Below, piece after piece: positions 49,904 to 60,408 of a stretch of DNA of 64,000 nucleotides. Each line of letters begins with the position of its first letter. The first letter of the stretch is position 1. Origin of the DNA: an uncultured Spirochaetota bacterium. GTDB taxonomy: Bacteria; Spirochaetota; Spirochaetia; SZUA-6; Fen-1364. The notes beneath the pieces were generated by a model. It was not told the DNA's origin and ran no database searches. It was given only the letters and a program-made list of their open reading frames with translations. Where the stretch lies: the NCBI GenBank assembly GCA_963820525.1, contig CAWGAA010000002.1, positions 128,001-192,000 of the forward strand, written 5' to 3'. A program made the translations under genes and the position numbers.

Positions 49904-51211
49904 ATGCACCCACTCGCGCAAGAGTTGAACACAACCCTGGCCGGAAGCGTCGTCGAAGCGCTGTTCTCCGACCTTGGCAAACGGATGTACTTCCCGAAGG
50001 GGATCGTCGCGCAATCCGCCGAGGCGAAGAAGCATGCCACGAGGATGAACGCCACCATCGGCATCGCCTACAAGGGCGGCAAACCCATGTCCCTCCCCTC
50101 CATCCGCAATGTCCTGCCCGGCCTGGAAGTCGAGGAGATCTTTCCCTACGCGCCCACCCAGGGGATCGAGCAGTTCCGGGAAGCGTGGAAGAAGGACATC
50201 GAGCTGAAGAACCCCGACCTCGCGGGAAAGACCTTTTCCCTGCCCCTCGTGGTGCCGGGGCTGACGGCCGGGATCGCGACCCTGGCGGACCTGTTCACGG
50301 GCCCGGGCGATGCCGTCGTGCTCCCCGACCTCTGCTGGGACAACTACCCCCTCATCTTCGAGACCCGGCGCGAGGCGCGCATCGCTCCCTTCCCGTTGTT
50401 CAAGACCGATAAAAGCGGAATGGACGTGGAGGGGATGGCGAAGACTCTCCGAGGCGAGGCGAAAAGGAAGGGCAGGATCGTTCTCCTGCTCAACTTCCCC
50501 AACAACCCGACGGGATATTCCCCGACTAAGGCGGAGGCAGCCAGGATCGTATCGGAGCTGGAAAGCCTTGCGCGGTCGGGCGTGCGGATGCTGGTGATAA
50601 CGGACGACGCCTACTTCGGGCTGTTCTACGAAGAGGACACCTACACCCAATCCCTGTTCGCCCCGCTCGCCGCGCTGCATGAAAACATCCTCGCGGCGAA
50701 AATCGACGGCTCCACCAAGGAGCATCTCACCTGGGGATTCCGAACCGGGTTCGTGACCTTCGCCTCCAAGGGCCTTTCGGCCGAGCAGTATGACGCCCTT
50801 ACGCGAAAGCTCATGGGGGCTGTCCGCTCCTCGGCTTCCAACTCCAGCATCCTGGCCCAGAGCGTGATCCTTCGGGCGCTGAAGAGCCCAAGCCTGGCTG
50901 AAGAGAAGGGGGAAGCGTTCCGCATTCTCAAGGAGAGATACCGGCGGTCCCGCGAGATCCTCGCGGGCAGGAAGAGCCAGGCGATCGCGCCTCTTCCCTT
51001 CAATTCGGGCTATTTCATGAGCTTCCAGCTCGCCCGCGGCCGCGCTGAAGACCTGCGCAAGGCGCTTCTCATGCACTCCGGGGTGGGCACCATCGCCATC
51101 GACGAAACGTGCCTTCGGGTCGCCTATTCGAGCGTGGATACCGAGAAGCTGGAAGAGCTCTACGATTTGATCTACGCGGCCGCGGAGAAGGCGCCGGAGA
51201 CCTCTCTCTAG
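49904..51211 (+). CDS. Class I/II PLP-dependent aminotransferase
   Basis: NATIG, NFPNNPTGY, DDAY, GSTKEH..WGFRTG. Confidence 0.9.
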   Translation: MHPLAQELNTTLAGSVVEALFSDLGKRMYFPKGIVAQSAEAKKHATRMNATIGIAYKGGKPMSLPSIRNVLPGLEVEEIFPYAPTQGIEQFREAWKKDIELKNPDLAGKTFSLPLVVPGLTAGIATLADLFTGPGDAVVLPDLCWDNYPLIFETRREARIAPFPLFKTDKSGMDVEGMAKTLRGEAKRKGRIVLLLNFPNNPTGYSPTKAEAARIVSELESLARSGVRMLVITDDAYFGLFYEEDTYTQSLFAPLAALHENILAAKIDGSTKEHLTWGFRTGFVTFASKGLSAEQYDALTRKLMGAVRSSASNSSILAQSVILRALKSPSLAEEKGEAFRILKERYRRSREILAGRKSQAIAPLPFNSGYFMSFQLARGRAEDLRKALLMHSGVGTIAIDETCLRVAYSSVDTEKLEELYDLIYAAAEKAPETSL

Positions 51212-51708
51212 GAGGAGATCAGGAAGCGCCCCAGCTCCTTGAGCTCGGGGATCTTGTCGTAGACCGGCGGTTTCTTCCCGTGAGCTTCCCTGTCGAGGCT
51301 CGTCGTCTTGATGTACAGCTCGTTCACCATGTCCGAGAGGATCTCCAGGTTCACGGGGAAGTTCTTCGCCGCCATGTCGCGCAGGACCTTGTCCTGCTCC
51401 GCAGCGCCGCCCATTCCCGGGGAGGAAGATCCCCCGATCATGTTTCGGATGTTGGGAAGCAGCTTCTGCCGCGCCTGGTAGATGAAGTGCGCTGCGGCGA
51501 GAATCATCTCGTAGAGCTCGTCGAACTGGAAACCCTGAGCCTTGTAGTAGTCCGACTTGGTGGTGAGGTTGTCCAGCTTGTCCCATTCTCCCTGGGCCAG
51601 CTCCAGGACGACGATTGCCTTTCGCACGAAGCGGTTGTTGACGTTCGTCTGGTAGTGGTCGCCGATTTTCTCGACGAGCCTGTAAATGTCCGGGTCCTTT
51701 ATCGCCAT
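51208..51708 (-). CDS. Conserved hypothetical protein
   Basis: AGGAG RBS; coding-like 166-aa helical ORF. Confidence 0.75.
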   Translation of the reverse strand: MAIKDPDIYRLVEKIGDHYQTNVNNRFVRKAIVVLELAQGEWDKLDNLTTKSDYYKAQGFQFDELYEMILAAAHFIYQARQKLLPNIRNMIGGSSSPGMGGAAEQDKVLRDMAAKNFPVNLEILSDMVNELYIKTTSLDREAHGKKPPVYDKIPELKELGRFLISS

Positions 51709-51754
51709 CCGCTGATCTCCTGACGCAGCACTGTAACCCGTGGCCGGAGCACGG

Positions 51755-52750
51755 TCAAGGCGCCGGGAATGAGGGGGGATCCGAGGCGCCCGCCCGCCCC
51801 GCTTCCGGCAATCCGGTCTGCCCGCGCCACAGCCTCCCCTGGCTGGTCCCGCGCTCGCGCATCTCGGCTGCCAGCCGCGAAGCGAAGCGCTGCTTGTCCC
51901 AGAAGAATCGGGGCGCCAGGAGCCTCTGGCGCGGGGTGTCGCACGTCAGGCGCATGATGAGGCAGCGGGGCGGGAGGATCTGGAGCACCGCGATGGCATA
52001 TTCAAGGTGCCTCTGCGCGCTGGGCGCGCCTACCTCGCCCTTGAGGAACTCCTCAGCAAGGGGCGCGCCCATCTGAATGTGCAGGTTGTGGATCTTCACC
52101 CCGTCGGGGTCGAGCCGGGCCACGAAGCGCGCCGTCCGCTCGATGTCGGAGATCTCCTCCCCCGGCAGCCCGAGGATGAGGTGGACGGCAACCTTCACCC
52201 CGTGCCGCCTCACCCTGTCAAAAGCCGCCGTGAAATCCGAGGCCGAATGCCCGCGGCCGATCCTGCAGAGCGTCAGGTCGTTGGAGGATTGCAGCCCCAG
52301 CTCGACCCAGACATCGAGGCCGCGGCCGCGGTACGAGCCGAGAAGCGCCGCCTTCTCCTCGTCGATGCAGTCCGGCCTCGTGGAGACGACGAGCTCGCGG
52401 AAAGAGGCCAGCGCGAGAGCTGAATCGTAGATCCGCGCAAGCTCGCCGGCGGGTGCGTTGGTGGCGGAAAAGGCCTGAAAATAGAGGATGAAGGCTTTTG
52501 CCGCGTAGCGGCGCCTGAGGAACCGGATGCCCGTTTCCACCTGGCGTCGGAGGCTTCCTGCATTGCCGAGATACGGAGCGCGCGCTCCGTCTTCGGCGCA
52601 GTACGAGCATCCCGGCCGCGACCTGTCTTCGCGGTTTGGGCAGGAGAAGCCGCCATCCACCGAGACGCGGTAGATGCTGCACCCATAGACGCGCCTGAGG
52701 TAGCGGGAATAGCTGTTGTAGGGAAGCTCCACCATGTTCCGCACCGTCAT
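51755..52750 (-). CDS. TIGR01212 (YhcC-like) radical SAM protein
   Basis: GFSCPNR...GCSYC, YFQAFS, STRPDC, ELGLQS, HLILGLPGE, GVKIH. Confidence 0.92.
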   Translation of the reverse strand: MTVRNMVELPYNSYSRYLRRVYGCSIYRVSVDGGFSCPNREDRSRPGCSYCAEDGARAPYLGNAGSLRRQVETGIRFLRRRYAAKAFILYFQAFSATNAPAGELARIYDSALALASFRELVVSTRPDCIDEEKAALLGSYRGRGLDVWVELGLQSSNDLTLCRIGRGHSASDFTAAFDRVRRHGVKVAVHLILGLPGEEISDIERTARFVARLDPDGVKIHNLHIQMGAPLAEEFLKGEVGAPSAQRHLEYAIAVLQILPPRCLIMRLTCDTPRQRLLAPRFFWDKQRFASRLAAEMRERGTSQGRLWRGQTGLPEAGRAGASDPPSFPAP

Positions 52751-52807
52751 GGTAGCAGAATCGCTTCAGGATTGACATCCGGCGCAGGGGCTCCTACAGT
52801 GCGGATC

Positions 52808-54055
52808 ATGGGAAGCCGATCCCGCATTCGCCCCCTTCTTTTCGCGGCGGCCTGTTGTGTTCTGGCCTCATGCGGCCTGTTGTCCGAGCCGTCGGTGAGG
52901 CTGCTCACCGATCGCCCCGAGCTCGCCGCATACGTCGAGCGCTACAATGTGCGGCAGGGCGATTTCCGGGTGGAGGTCCAATACCGGGAACAACCCGGCC
53001 AGGCGGTACTGGATGGGGAGCAGGCCGACGTCGTTGTCGGAGAATGGCTGGCATCGCCCCAGCTCCTGGACCGCTTCGAATCCACGGCGGACATTGTAAA
53101 GCCGGGCAGGATAGAGCCGTCGTGGTTTTATGCCGGGCTTTTGTCCATGGGTTCCAAGGACAACAGACCCGTTCTCATCCCCCTTTCCTTCGACCTTCCC
53201 GCGGTTGCCTTTTGCCAATCCAGCGTTCCGGACGATCTTCCCTCAATGTTCATGCCGCTGGAGCTGATGCGCTCGATGAGCCCGGGCTTCAATAGCACGG
53301 CGAAGAACGGCTCCGCCTCTTCCCTGGGTTTTTCCCCCCTGTGGAACCTCGACTTCCTTATCCTGAGCTCGAAGCTCCTCGGAGCCCGCTTCCATGCCGG
53401 CCGGGGGGGCCTGCCCGCCTGGGACACGGACGGGCTGGCGCGGACCCTCGATTACCTGCGGGCCTGGATCACGAGCGCGAACGGCGGGAAAGACAGGGAC
53501 AAGGCCTTCGCCGACAAGAACCTCGTTCAACCCTACTACAAGCTCCTTACGGCCAAGAAGACCCTCTTCACGCTCACGCGATTCACGGATTATTTCGCCC
53601 TGCCTGAGGACAAGAGAAAAGACCTCGATTATCGCTGGATGTCCAGCAATGGCGTCATCCCGGTGGAAGACGATGTCCTGTTCGCCGGGGTGCTCCGCTC
53701 TGCGCGCAACAAGAGGGGAGCCAAGGCATTCCTGGAATGGTTTTTCACCCTCCAGAACCAGAGGAGCTTCCTCGAGGTGGCCCAATCGCTGCGCATCGGC
53801 GTATTCGGCGTCACCGACGGTTTTTCATCCTTCAAAATCATCAACGAAAAGGACATGGCCCAGAAGTATCCAATTCTCCTCGGCCATGTACCCCTGGAAA
53901 GCCTGCTCGAGTTTCCCGACACCCTGCCGGACAATTGGGTGAAGGTCAGGGACGAGGTGATCCTGCCGTGGATCTCACGGGCGACGGTGGGGGACGATAC
54001 CGCGGATCTTTCCACGCGAATCGACGAATGGCATGCAGCGGCAATGAAGAAATAA
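52808..54055 (+). CDS. Lipoprotein, putative extracellular solute-binding protein
   Basis: Lipobox VLASC; LIPLSFDLP, AKAFLEWF; upstream of an ABC ATPase. Confidence 0.75.
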   Translation: MGSRSRIRPLLFAAACCVLASCGLLSEPSVRLLTDRPELAAYVERYNVRQGDFRVEVQYREQPGQAVLDGEQADVVVGEWLASPQLLDRFESTADIVKPGRIEPSWFYAGLLSMGSKDNRPVLIPLSFDLPAVAFCQSSVPDDLPSMFMPLELMRSMSPGFNSTAKNGSASSLGFSPLWNLDFLILSSKLLGARFHAGRGGLPAWDTDGLARTLDYLRAWITSANGGKDRDKAFADKNLVQPYYKLLTAKKTLFTLTRFTDYFALPEDKRKDLDYRWMSSNGVIPVEDDVLFAGVLRSARNKRGAKAFLEWFFTLQNQRSFLEVAQSLRIGVFGVTDGFSSFKIINEKDMAQKYPILLGHVPLESLLEFPDTLPDNWVKVRDEVILPWISRATVGDDTADLSTRIDEWHAAAMKK

Positions 54056-54127
54056 TCGAGAGAGGCGAAACTGAAGCCGCGGGAAGCCTTCCGCAGGCCC
54101 GCTCTGCCCGCTCGACTTCCGGTAATG

Positions 54128-54156
54128 TTGACATCACATCGGTTATGCTCTATGAT
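54128..54156 (+). promoter_or_regulatory. sigma70 promoter of the ABC ATPase
   Basis: TTGACA-17-TATGAT. Confidence 0.75.
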
Positions 54157-54189
54157 GGACGCATAAGATAATCACCCCGGGAGGTACCA

Positions 54190-55283
<1,094 letters not shown>

Positions 55284-55304
55284 AGATTCTCATCTTCTCA
55301 CGCG

Positions 55305-55342
55305 AAACAAAAAGGCCGGTGGAAACGCCGGTCTTTTTGTTT
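55305..55342. terminator. Intrinsic terminator
   Basis: AAACAAAAAGGCCGG...CCGGTCTTTTTGTTT. Confidence 0.85.
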
Positions 55343-55387
55343 CCTTGAAGCGGCACCGCCGTTTCGCTATACTCTTTGCGGAAACCT

Positions 55388-57199
55388 ATGGCAGTTCCCG
55401 CCGCAACCGTGAACCAGCGCTCCCGCATCGTCGAGAACCTTCACTCCCTCGTGGAGAGAACGGAAAAGGCCTACATCCGTATGGGCCAGATGCTGCCCGA
55501 CATGATGAAGGAACTGGACCGCGGCTTCGGAGAGGCGAGGACGCTGGTGGGCTATTTCACCGGCCAGCACATCCAGGACCGGTCTGCCTCAAACGCCGAA
55601 CAGGGCATGGTGGGCACCGTGCTGGAGGACGCCCGGTCCGTGATCGCCGATGCGACCTTCTTCTTTTCCGGCATGCAGGAAGCCGACCAGGTGAGCTTCC
55701 AGTCGATCAACGACGGGATCCAGAACCTCTCCCTGCTCGACGAGAAGCTGAAGGCCATCCGGGAAGACTCCATGGAGATGGAGCTGATATCCCTCAATGC
55801 CATGACCGTGGCGCTGAAGGCCGGCCAGGCCGGGCGCGCCTTCTCCGTCATCACGGAGGAGCTGAAGGCGCTGTCCGGCGATACGATCGGGTATACGGAA
55901 AAGCTCACGGCCGAGGGCAGGAAGATCCTCGAGCTGTTCTTCCAGTACCGCCGGGACGTGGAGAAGATCCAGAGCTTCCAGGAGAGCTTCTACGCGGGGT
56001 TTCGCGCGAAGCTCGAGGGCAGCTTCGAGAACTTCCGCCTCGGCGTGGGAAAGATGGCGGAGATCCTCCTGCAGGTGATCGACGGGGCCGGCAACACCAG
56101 AAAGCCGCTCGTTCTGATCATGGAGGAGATCCAGTCCCAGGACATCATCAGGCAGTCGATCCAGCACGTGGTGCTCTCCCTTTCAGCCGACGCCGACGCG
56201 AGCCTCCTCGATTCGGATCCCCAGAAAGCCGACGAGCTTTTGGACGAGCTCGCGTTTCTGGCGATGCTGCCGGATCTTTCCGGCAGCCTTCTGAAGGACG
56301 TGGAGGCGAACATCTCCCGCGGCGTCAGCGTCTTCCGCGAAAACCTCGGCGAGCTTCGCACGCTGCTGGAAAGCGCCGAGCAGGAGAAGCGGATATTCGT
56401 GGAATACTTCGACTCCGGAGAGAACGCGCTCGCGAAGATGTTCGAGGAGTCCATCGAGGGGATGAGCGGCCTCTTGGAGAGCGTCGAAAAATCGATGGCG
56501 GAGAAGGGGAAGCTGGGCCCCGAGGGCGGGAGGATCCTCGAGGAGCTGAAGGACCTCCAGGAGAGCTTCGAGGATTTCGTCTCCTTCGCCGACCGCTTCC
56601 GGACCGTTGACATTGCGGCGCGTATCGAGCTTGCCAAGCAGGAGGTGCTGCGCTCGAAGCGCAGCACGATGGGCAGCCTCACGGGGCTGGCATCACGGAT
56701 CGGCGGGGACGTGAAGGCGGCTCTCGATACGATCCTGGTGACCATCGAGCGCATAGAGACGACCATCAGGCGCTTCGCCGTGGAGGTGGAGAGGGGCGCG
56801 GTGCGCGTGGGCTCCCTCGTCGTCGCCATCCGCGGCGTGTACGCGCGGCTCACCGAAGCCAAGGATTTCCTCTCTCATACGATGCGGGAGTTTTCCCTGT
56901 ATACCAGCCGGTTCTTCACGCTGATCGACGAGCTGGAGGGAGAAGTGGAGGCCCTGGCGGCCCTGGAGGTCCCGATGGCGGAAACGGTGGGCGAGCTCAC
57001 CGAGCTTCGCGCCCAGCTTCTGGCGCGAAAGGAGGCGGCCCTCGCCGCGCGCGGCCTTACCTCCTGGACAATCAGAGACAGCAGGCTGAAGGAGATGATC
57101 GAAAAGTTCACAATCCTCACTCACAAGAAGACCGCGGCCGAGCTCGGGGGGTTCACCATCGAAGACGGCGGGAAGCCGGGCGAGCTCACGCTGTTCTGA
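55388..57199 (+). CDS. Soluble chemoreceptor-like coiled-coil protein
   Basis: ELISLNAMTVALKAGQAGRAFSVITEELKAL (degenerate MCP tip), QDIIRQSIQHV and C-terminal GELTLF; no TM segment. Confidence 0.8.
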   Translation: MAVPAATVNQRSRIVENLHSLVERTEKAYIRMGQMLPDMMKELDRGFGEARTLVGYFTGQHIQDRSASNAEQGMVGTVLEDARSVIADATFFFSGMQEADQVSFQSINDGIQNLSLLDEKLKAIREDSMEMELISLNAMTVALKAGQAGRAFSVITEELKALSGDTIGYTEKLTAEGRKILELFFQYRRDVEKIQSFQESFYAGFRAKLEGSFENFRLGVGKMAEILLQVIDGAGNTRKPLVLIMEEIQSQDIIRQSIQHVVLSLSADADASLLDSDPQKADELLDELAFLAMLPDLSGSLLKDVEANISRGVSVFRENLGELRTLLESAEQEKRIFVEYFDSGENALAKMFEESIEGMSGLLESVEKSMAEKGKLGPEGGRILEELKDLQESFEDFVSFADRFRTVDIAARIELAKQEVLRSKRSTMGSLTGLASRIGGDVKAALDTILVTIERIETTIRRFAVEVERGAVRVGSLVVAIRGVYARLTEAKDFLSHTMREFSLYTSRFFTLIDELEGEVEALAALEVPMAETVGELTELRAQLLARKEAALAARGLTSWTIRDSRLKEMIEKFTILTHKKTAAELGGFTIEDGGKPGELTLF

Positions 57200-57213
57200 A
57201 GCAAGGGGGGACA

Positions 57214-57594
57214 ATGGGAGGGAAAGTCATCTTCATCGTCGACGATTCATCGACGCTGCGCGCGTCCGTCGAGTTCACGCTCACCGAAGCCGGATACACC
57301 GTGGTCCAGGCCGAGGACGGCGCCGCTGCCCTCGCCGCCCTGAAGGAATTCGACGGCAAGGAGAGCGAGGTCGGGATGATCATCACCGATATCAATATGC
57401 CCGCCATGGACGGCATCACCTTCATCAAGGAGGTCAAGAAGACCGCCTTCAAGTTCGTGCCCATTCTCGTGCTCACGACGGAGAGCCAGGAATCGAAAAA
57501 GATGGAGGGCAAGGAAGCCGGCGCGTCCGGCTGGCTGGTGAAGCCCTTCAAGCCCGAGCAGCTCACGGGGGTGGTTTCGAAGTTCCTCCCGTAG
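57214..57594 (+). CDS. cheY: CheY-like response regulator
   Basis: IVDDS, TDINMPAMDG, LTTES, GASGWLVKPF. Confidence 0.88.
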   Translation: MGGKVIFIVDDSSTLRASVEFTLTEAGYTVVQAEDGAAALAALKEFDGKESEVGMIITDINMPAMDGITFIKEVKKTAFKFVPILVLTTESQESKKMEGKEAGASGWLVKPFKPEQLTGVVSKFLP

Positions 57595-57603
57595 GAAGCT
57601 TCG

Positions 57604-57894
57604 ATGCACGTCGCATTCAATCCGAAACACAACCTGGAGGTGGTCGAGATCTACCCGGGGGAGTGGCATGCCACCAGGGCTTCTTGCATCATCTCCACCG
57701 TTCTCGGCTCCTGCGTCTCCGTGGCGCTGCACGACTCCGCCGTCGGGGTGGCCGAGGCTGTTCTTCACGTCGGATGCCCACGTACTCCTCAAGCGCATCT
57801 CCGTTCGGGAGGAGGCGCCCCTCGAGAAAGAGGAGGAAGAGTATCTCTTACCCCTGCGCGCGCAGGAGAAAAGGGGGGGATCGTCCTTTTTTAG
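57604..57894 (+). pseudogene. cheD: Chemoreceptor glutamine deamidase CheD with internal deletion and frameshifts
   Basis: PGEW...ISTVLGSCVSVALHD, then loss of the GxNH/GG core. The CheD-type C-terminus (PRLFF...VLLKRI...EEEEYL) appears in another frame. Confidence 0.8.
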
Positions 57895-59017
57895 GGCCCG
57901 AGTCCTTGAAGAAATCGTCACTCCCGCCCTGGGGCTCATCGAAGGCGCCCGTGGGAACGGTTCCGTTGTTGCGCAGCGCGTAGAGCTTGGCCACGTAGCG
58001 GACGGTGGCCATGGCGCGCTCGAGATCCTTCTTGTCCTTCTCCATTCCCGCGAAGAAGTCGTCCGTCGTGACTCCCGTCCTGATGAAGCCCTTTCCATAG
58101 CCCTGGTCGTTGTAGGCCTTGAGCTCCAAGAGACGGTAGTAGACGCGCTCGAAGCGGAAGAGGGTCTTTCGAAGCTTGAACAACAGCCCGATGATCTCCT
58201 TCTTCTCCTTCATCACTTCCAGCCTGCCGCCCACCTGGCCCTTCTTGTCTTCCTGGACCCACTTGTTAAGGACCGCCTTGTTCTTCATCAGCGCTCCATA
58301 GTCTAGGAGGAACTGCATGGTCATCGAGTCGTAGAGCTTGGCATAGTTGGTGATTGCCTGCAGGGCATTGGCCTTCAAGGCCTCGATGCGCTCGGCCAGC
58401 CAGTTGGCGCGGAAGGTCTCCAGATCCGACACCGCGATGGGCACCTTCCGAAGCGCCTCCCCTTCCTGCTTTTCGATCGCGGTCCCGGGGGCGGCGGAGA
58501 TGTTCCTGCCATCCTCGTCGGTGCAGACCACCTCTCCCTCGTCGCAGGTGACCAGGATGTCCCCCGAAGGCGGAGCGGTGACGGTGAACTGGGTTCCGCG
58601 GACTCCCATGGCGGTGGATTCCGTGCGTACCTTGACGTCCTGCGCTCCGGTGAGCTTGGAGACCTTCAGCGAAAGGGAGCCCGTGATGAGGTTCACCGAG
58701 CTCTGCTGTTTGGAGCCGATCCGAGAGAGCTCGAAGCTGAACTTGGTGTTCGCCGACAGCTTCACCGTCATGGAGGCTGCCTTGGGGGATGTCATGCGGA
58801 CTTCCGCAAGGCCGTCGGCGCCGGTGGAGAGCAGGTCGAAGTTCTCGATGCCCATTCCAACCTGGACGTCCGAAGGTGAAAGCTCGTCACCGTTCCTCAT
58901 CACCGACACATCGCCCTCGAGATAGGCCGTTTCTCCGATCCGGTCTCCCGCCGCCAGGGAAGCCGTGCCCACGAGGACGATGAGAGCGAACGCGAAAATC
59001 CCCTCACGTGCCTTCAT
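57848..59017 (-). CDS. Secreted FecR-domain protein
   Basis: Signal peptide; LSTGADGLAEV, AMGVRGTQF, CDEGEV. Confidence 0.85.
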   Translation of the reverse strand: MKAREGIFAFALIVLVGTASLAAGDRIGETAYLEGDVSVMRNGDELSPSDVQVGMGIENFDLLSTGADGLAEVRMTSPKAASMTVKLSANTKFSFELSRIGSKQQSSVNLITGSLSLKVSKLTGAQDVKVRTESTAMGVRGTQFTVTAPPSGDILVTCDEGEVVCTDEDGRNISAAPGTAIEKQEGEALRKVPIAVSDLETFRANWLAERIEALKANALQAITNYAKLYDSMTMQFLLDYGALMKNKAVLNKWVQEDKKGQVGGRLEVMKEKKEIIGLLFKLRKTLFRFERVYYRLLELKAYNDQGYGKGFIRTGVTTDDFFAGMEKDKKDLERAMATVRYVAKLYALRNNGTVPTGAFDEPQGGSDDFFKDSGPKKGRSPPFLLRAQG

Positions 59018-59130
59018 AATCTTACTCCTCGAGCCTTCTCTGGGATGCTTATCTCGAAGTATATCATCCCGGCCGGCGATTTACACGCCCGCTACGGGGG
59101 GCTTCAGAAAAGCTTCAGTCTCCGGACGGA

Positions 59131-60291
59131 TCAGAACACGGCGAAGATCTGCCAGGACCCGTCTTCCTCCGTGAAGTAGTACCTCTGGTAGGTCGTCCAG
59201 AAGGGGACGGTATCCGAGAGGTCCACCTTCGCCTTCACGTTGAGGGCGTACACGGGGCCCTGTATCTCGTCCACGAACTCCTTGCTGGGCTCCACGAAAA
59301 TGCTGGCCGAATCGACGACGTCGGAAAGGGTGAGAGAGCCGAAATCGGTGCTCTCGAAGTACCCCTGGAAGGTGGTTTGGAGCTCGTCCCGCGAAACCGT
59401 CTGGCGCATGCGAATGACCCGCACGTTCTGCGCGATGTATGCAAGGGTTGCGTCGATGTCCTTCCTGAGGAACGCGCTCACGCAGTCGCCGAAGGCCTGC
59501 TGGATCTGCTTGTCTGGAGCCAGGGGGGTCTCGCTGGGAGCGGCGGCCGGGGCGGAAGCGGGCAAGGGCTGCGGCCTCCAATCCATCGGCGGGGAGTTCG
59601 GGCCGATGGCGAAGATATACCAGCTTGCCCCGAGCTTATGCGCCCAGAACTGCTGGCTCTCCTCCCAGAAGCTCATCTGCTGGGAGAAGTCCATCCGGGC
59701 GTCGACGCGCAGGGTGGAGGTCTGTCCCCACTGTTTCTGTGCCTGATCGGGGGCCTTCGCTATGGCAATGGAGTCCAGGTTATAGAGGGCGCCCGGATCC
59801 ACCCCCGCCAGGGGAACCGTGGAGAAAAAGTCCCTCAGGGCCGCCTCGGCGTCCGCCCGGCTCACATCCGCCTGGAGAGCGTCGATGTAGACGGATCCGT
59901 CGAGGAACGCGGTCACCTCAGCCGGATCCCGATCGAGGAACGCTCCCAGGAGCCTGAGGAAGAACGAGCGCGGGAGAAGCCCGGGCTTTTCCGCGGCCTC
60001 GGGCGGGGCGAGCATGCCTGCCCTGCCCTGGGCAAGCAGCTCCTCGGCCGATGGCTGCTGCGGTTCCGTGATCTCGGATGGGGCGAGCTGCGGGTAGATC
60101 ATGACGGCGAGCTCCTTGTATTCCCTGCCCAGCTCAGTTTTTCCTACTTTCGCGTACTGGGCGCCCGCCAGGTAGCAGGCCTCGGCGAGGGACTTCCGCT
60201 GCGTTTCGCTGAAATCTTTGTAGAATTGCGACCATGCGATTCCCGCAACCAGCGGGAGTATGAGGATGGAGAGCACGAACTTATTTCTCAT
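59131..60291 (-). CDS. Exported protein with two tandem NTF2/SnoaL-like repeats
   Basis: Signal peptide; two similar units (AFL.RD/KD...VSR...FW...W.IFA). Confidence 0.7.
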   Translation of the reverse strand: MRNKFVLSILILPLVAGIAWSQFYKDFSETQRKSLAEACYLAGAQYAKVGKTELGREYKELAVMIYPQLAPSEITEPQQPSAEELLAQGRAGMLAPPEAAEKPGLLPRSFFLRLLGAFLDRDPAEVTAFLDGSVYIDALQADVSRADAEAALRDFFSTVPLAGVDPGALYNLDSIAIAKAPDQAQKQWGQTSTLRVDARMDFSQQMSFWEESQQFWAHKLGASWYIFAIGPNSPPMDWRPQPLPASAPAAAPSETPLAPDKQIQQAFGDCVSAFLRKDIDATLAYIAQNVRVIRMRQTVSRDELQTTFQGYFESTDFGSLTLSDVVDSASIFVEPSKEFVDEIQGPVYALNVKAKVDLSDTVPFWTTYQRYYFTEEDGSWQIFAVF

Positions 60292-60344
60292 ACGGCGCCT
60301 CCTAGCGAGCGTTCTGCGGCAACTATACCAAACATTTCGTCGAG

Positions 60345-60373
60345 TTGACAACCCAATGCGCACCTGCTACTAT
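60345..60373 (+). promoter_or_regulatory. sigma70 promoter with extended -10
   Basis: TTGACA-17-TACTAT with TG upstream of the -10. Confidence 0.7.
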
Positions 60374-60408
60374 TCCCGAAGGAATCCGAGTTGAGGGAGG
60401 ATGATAGA

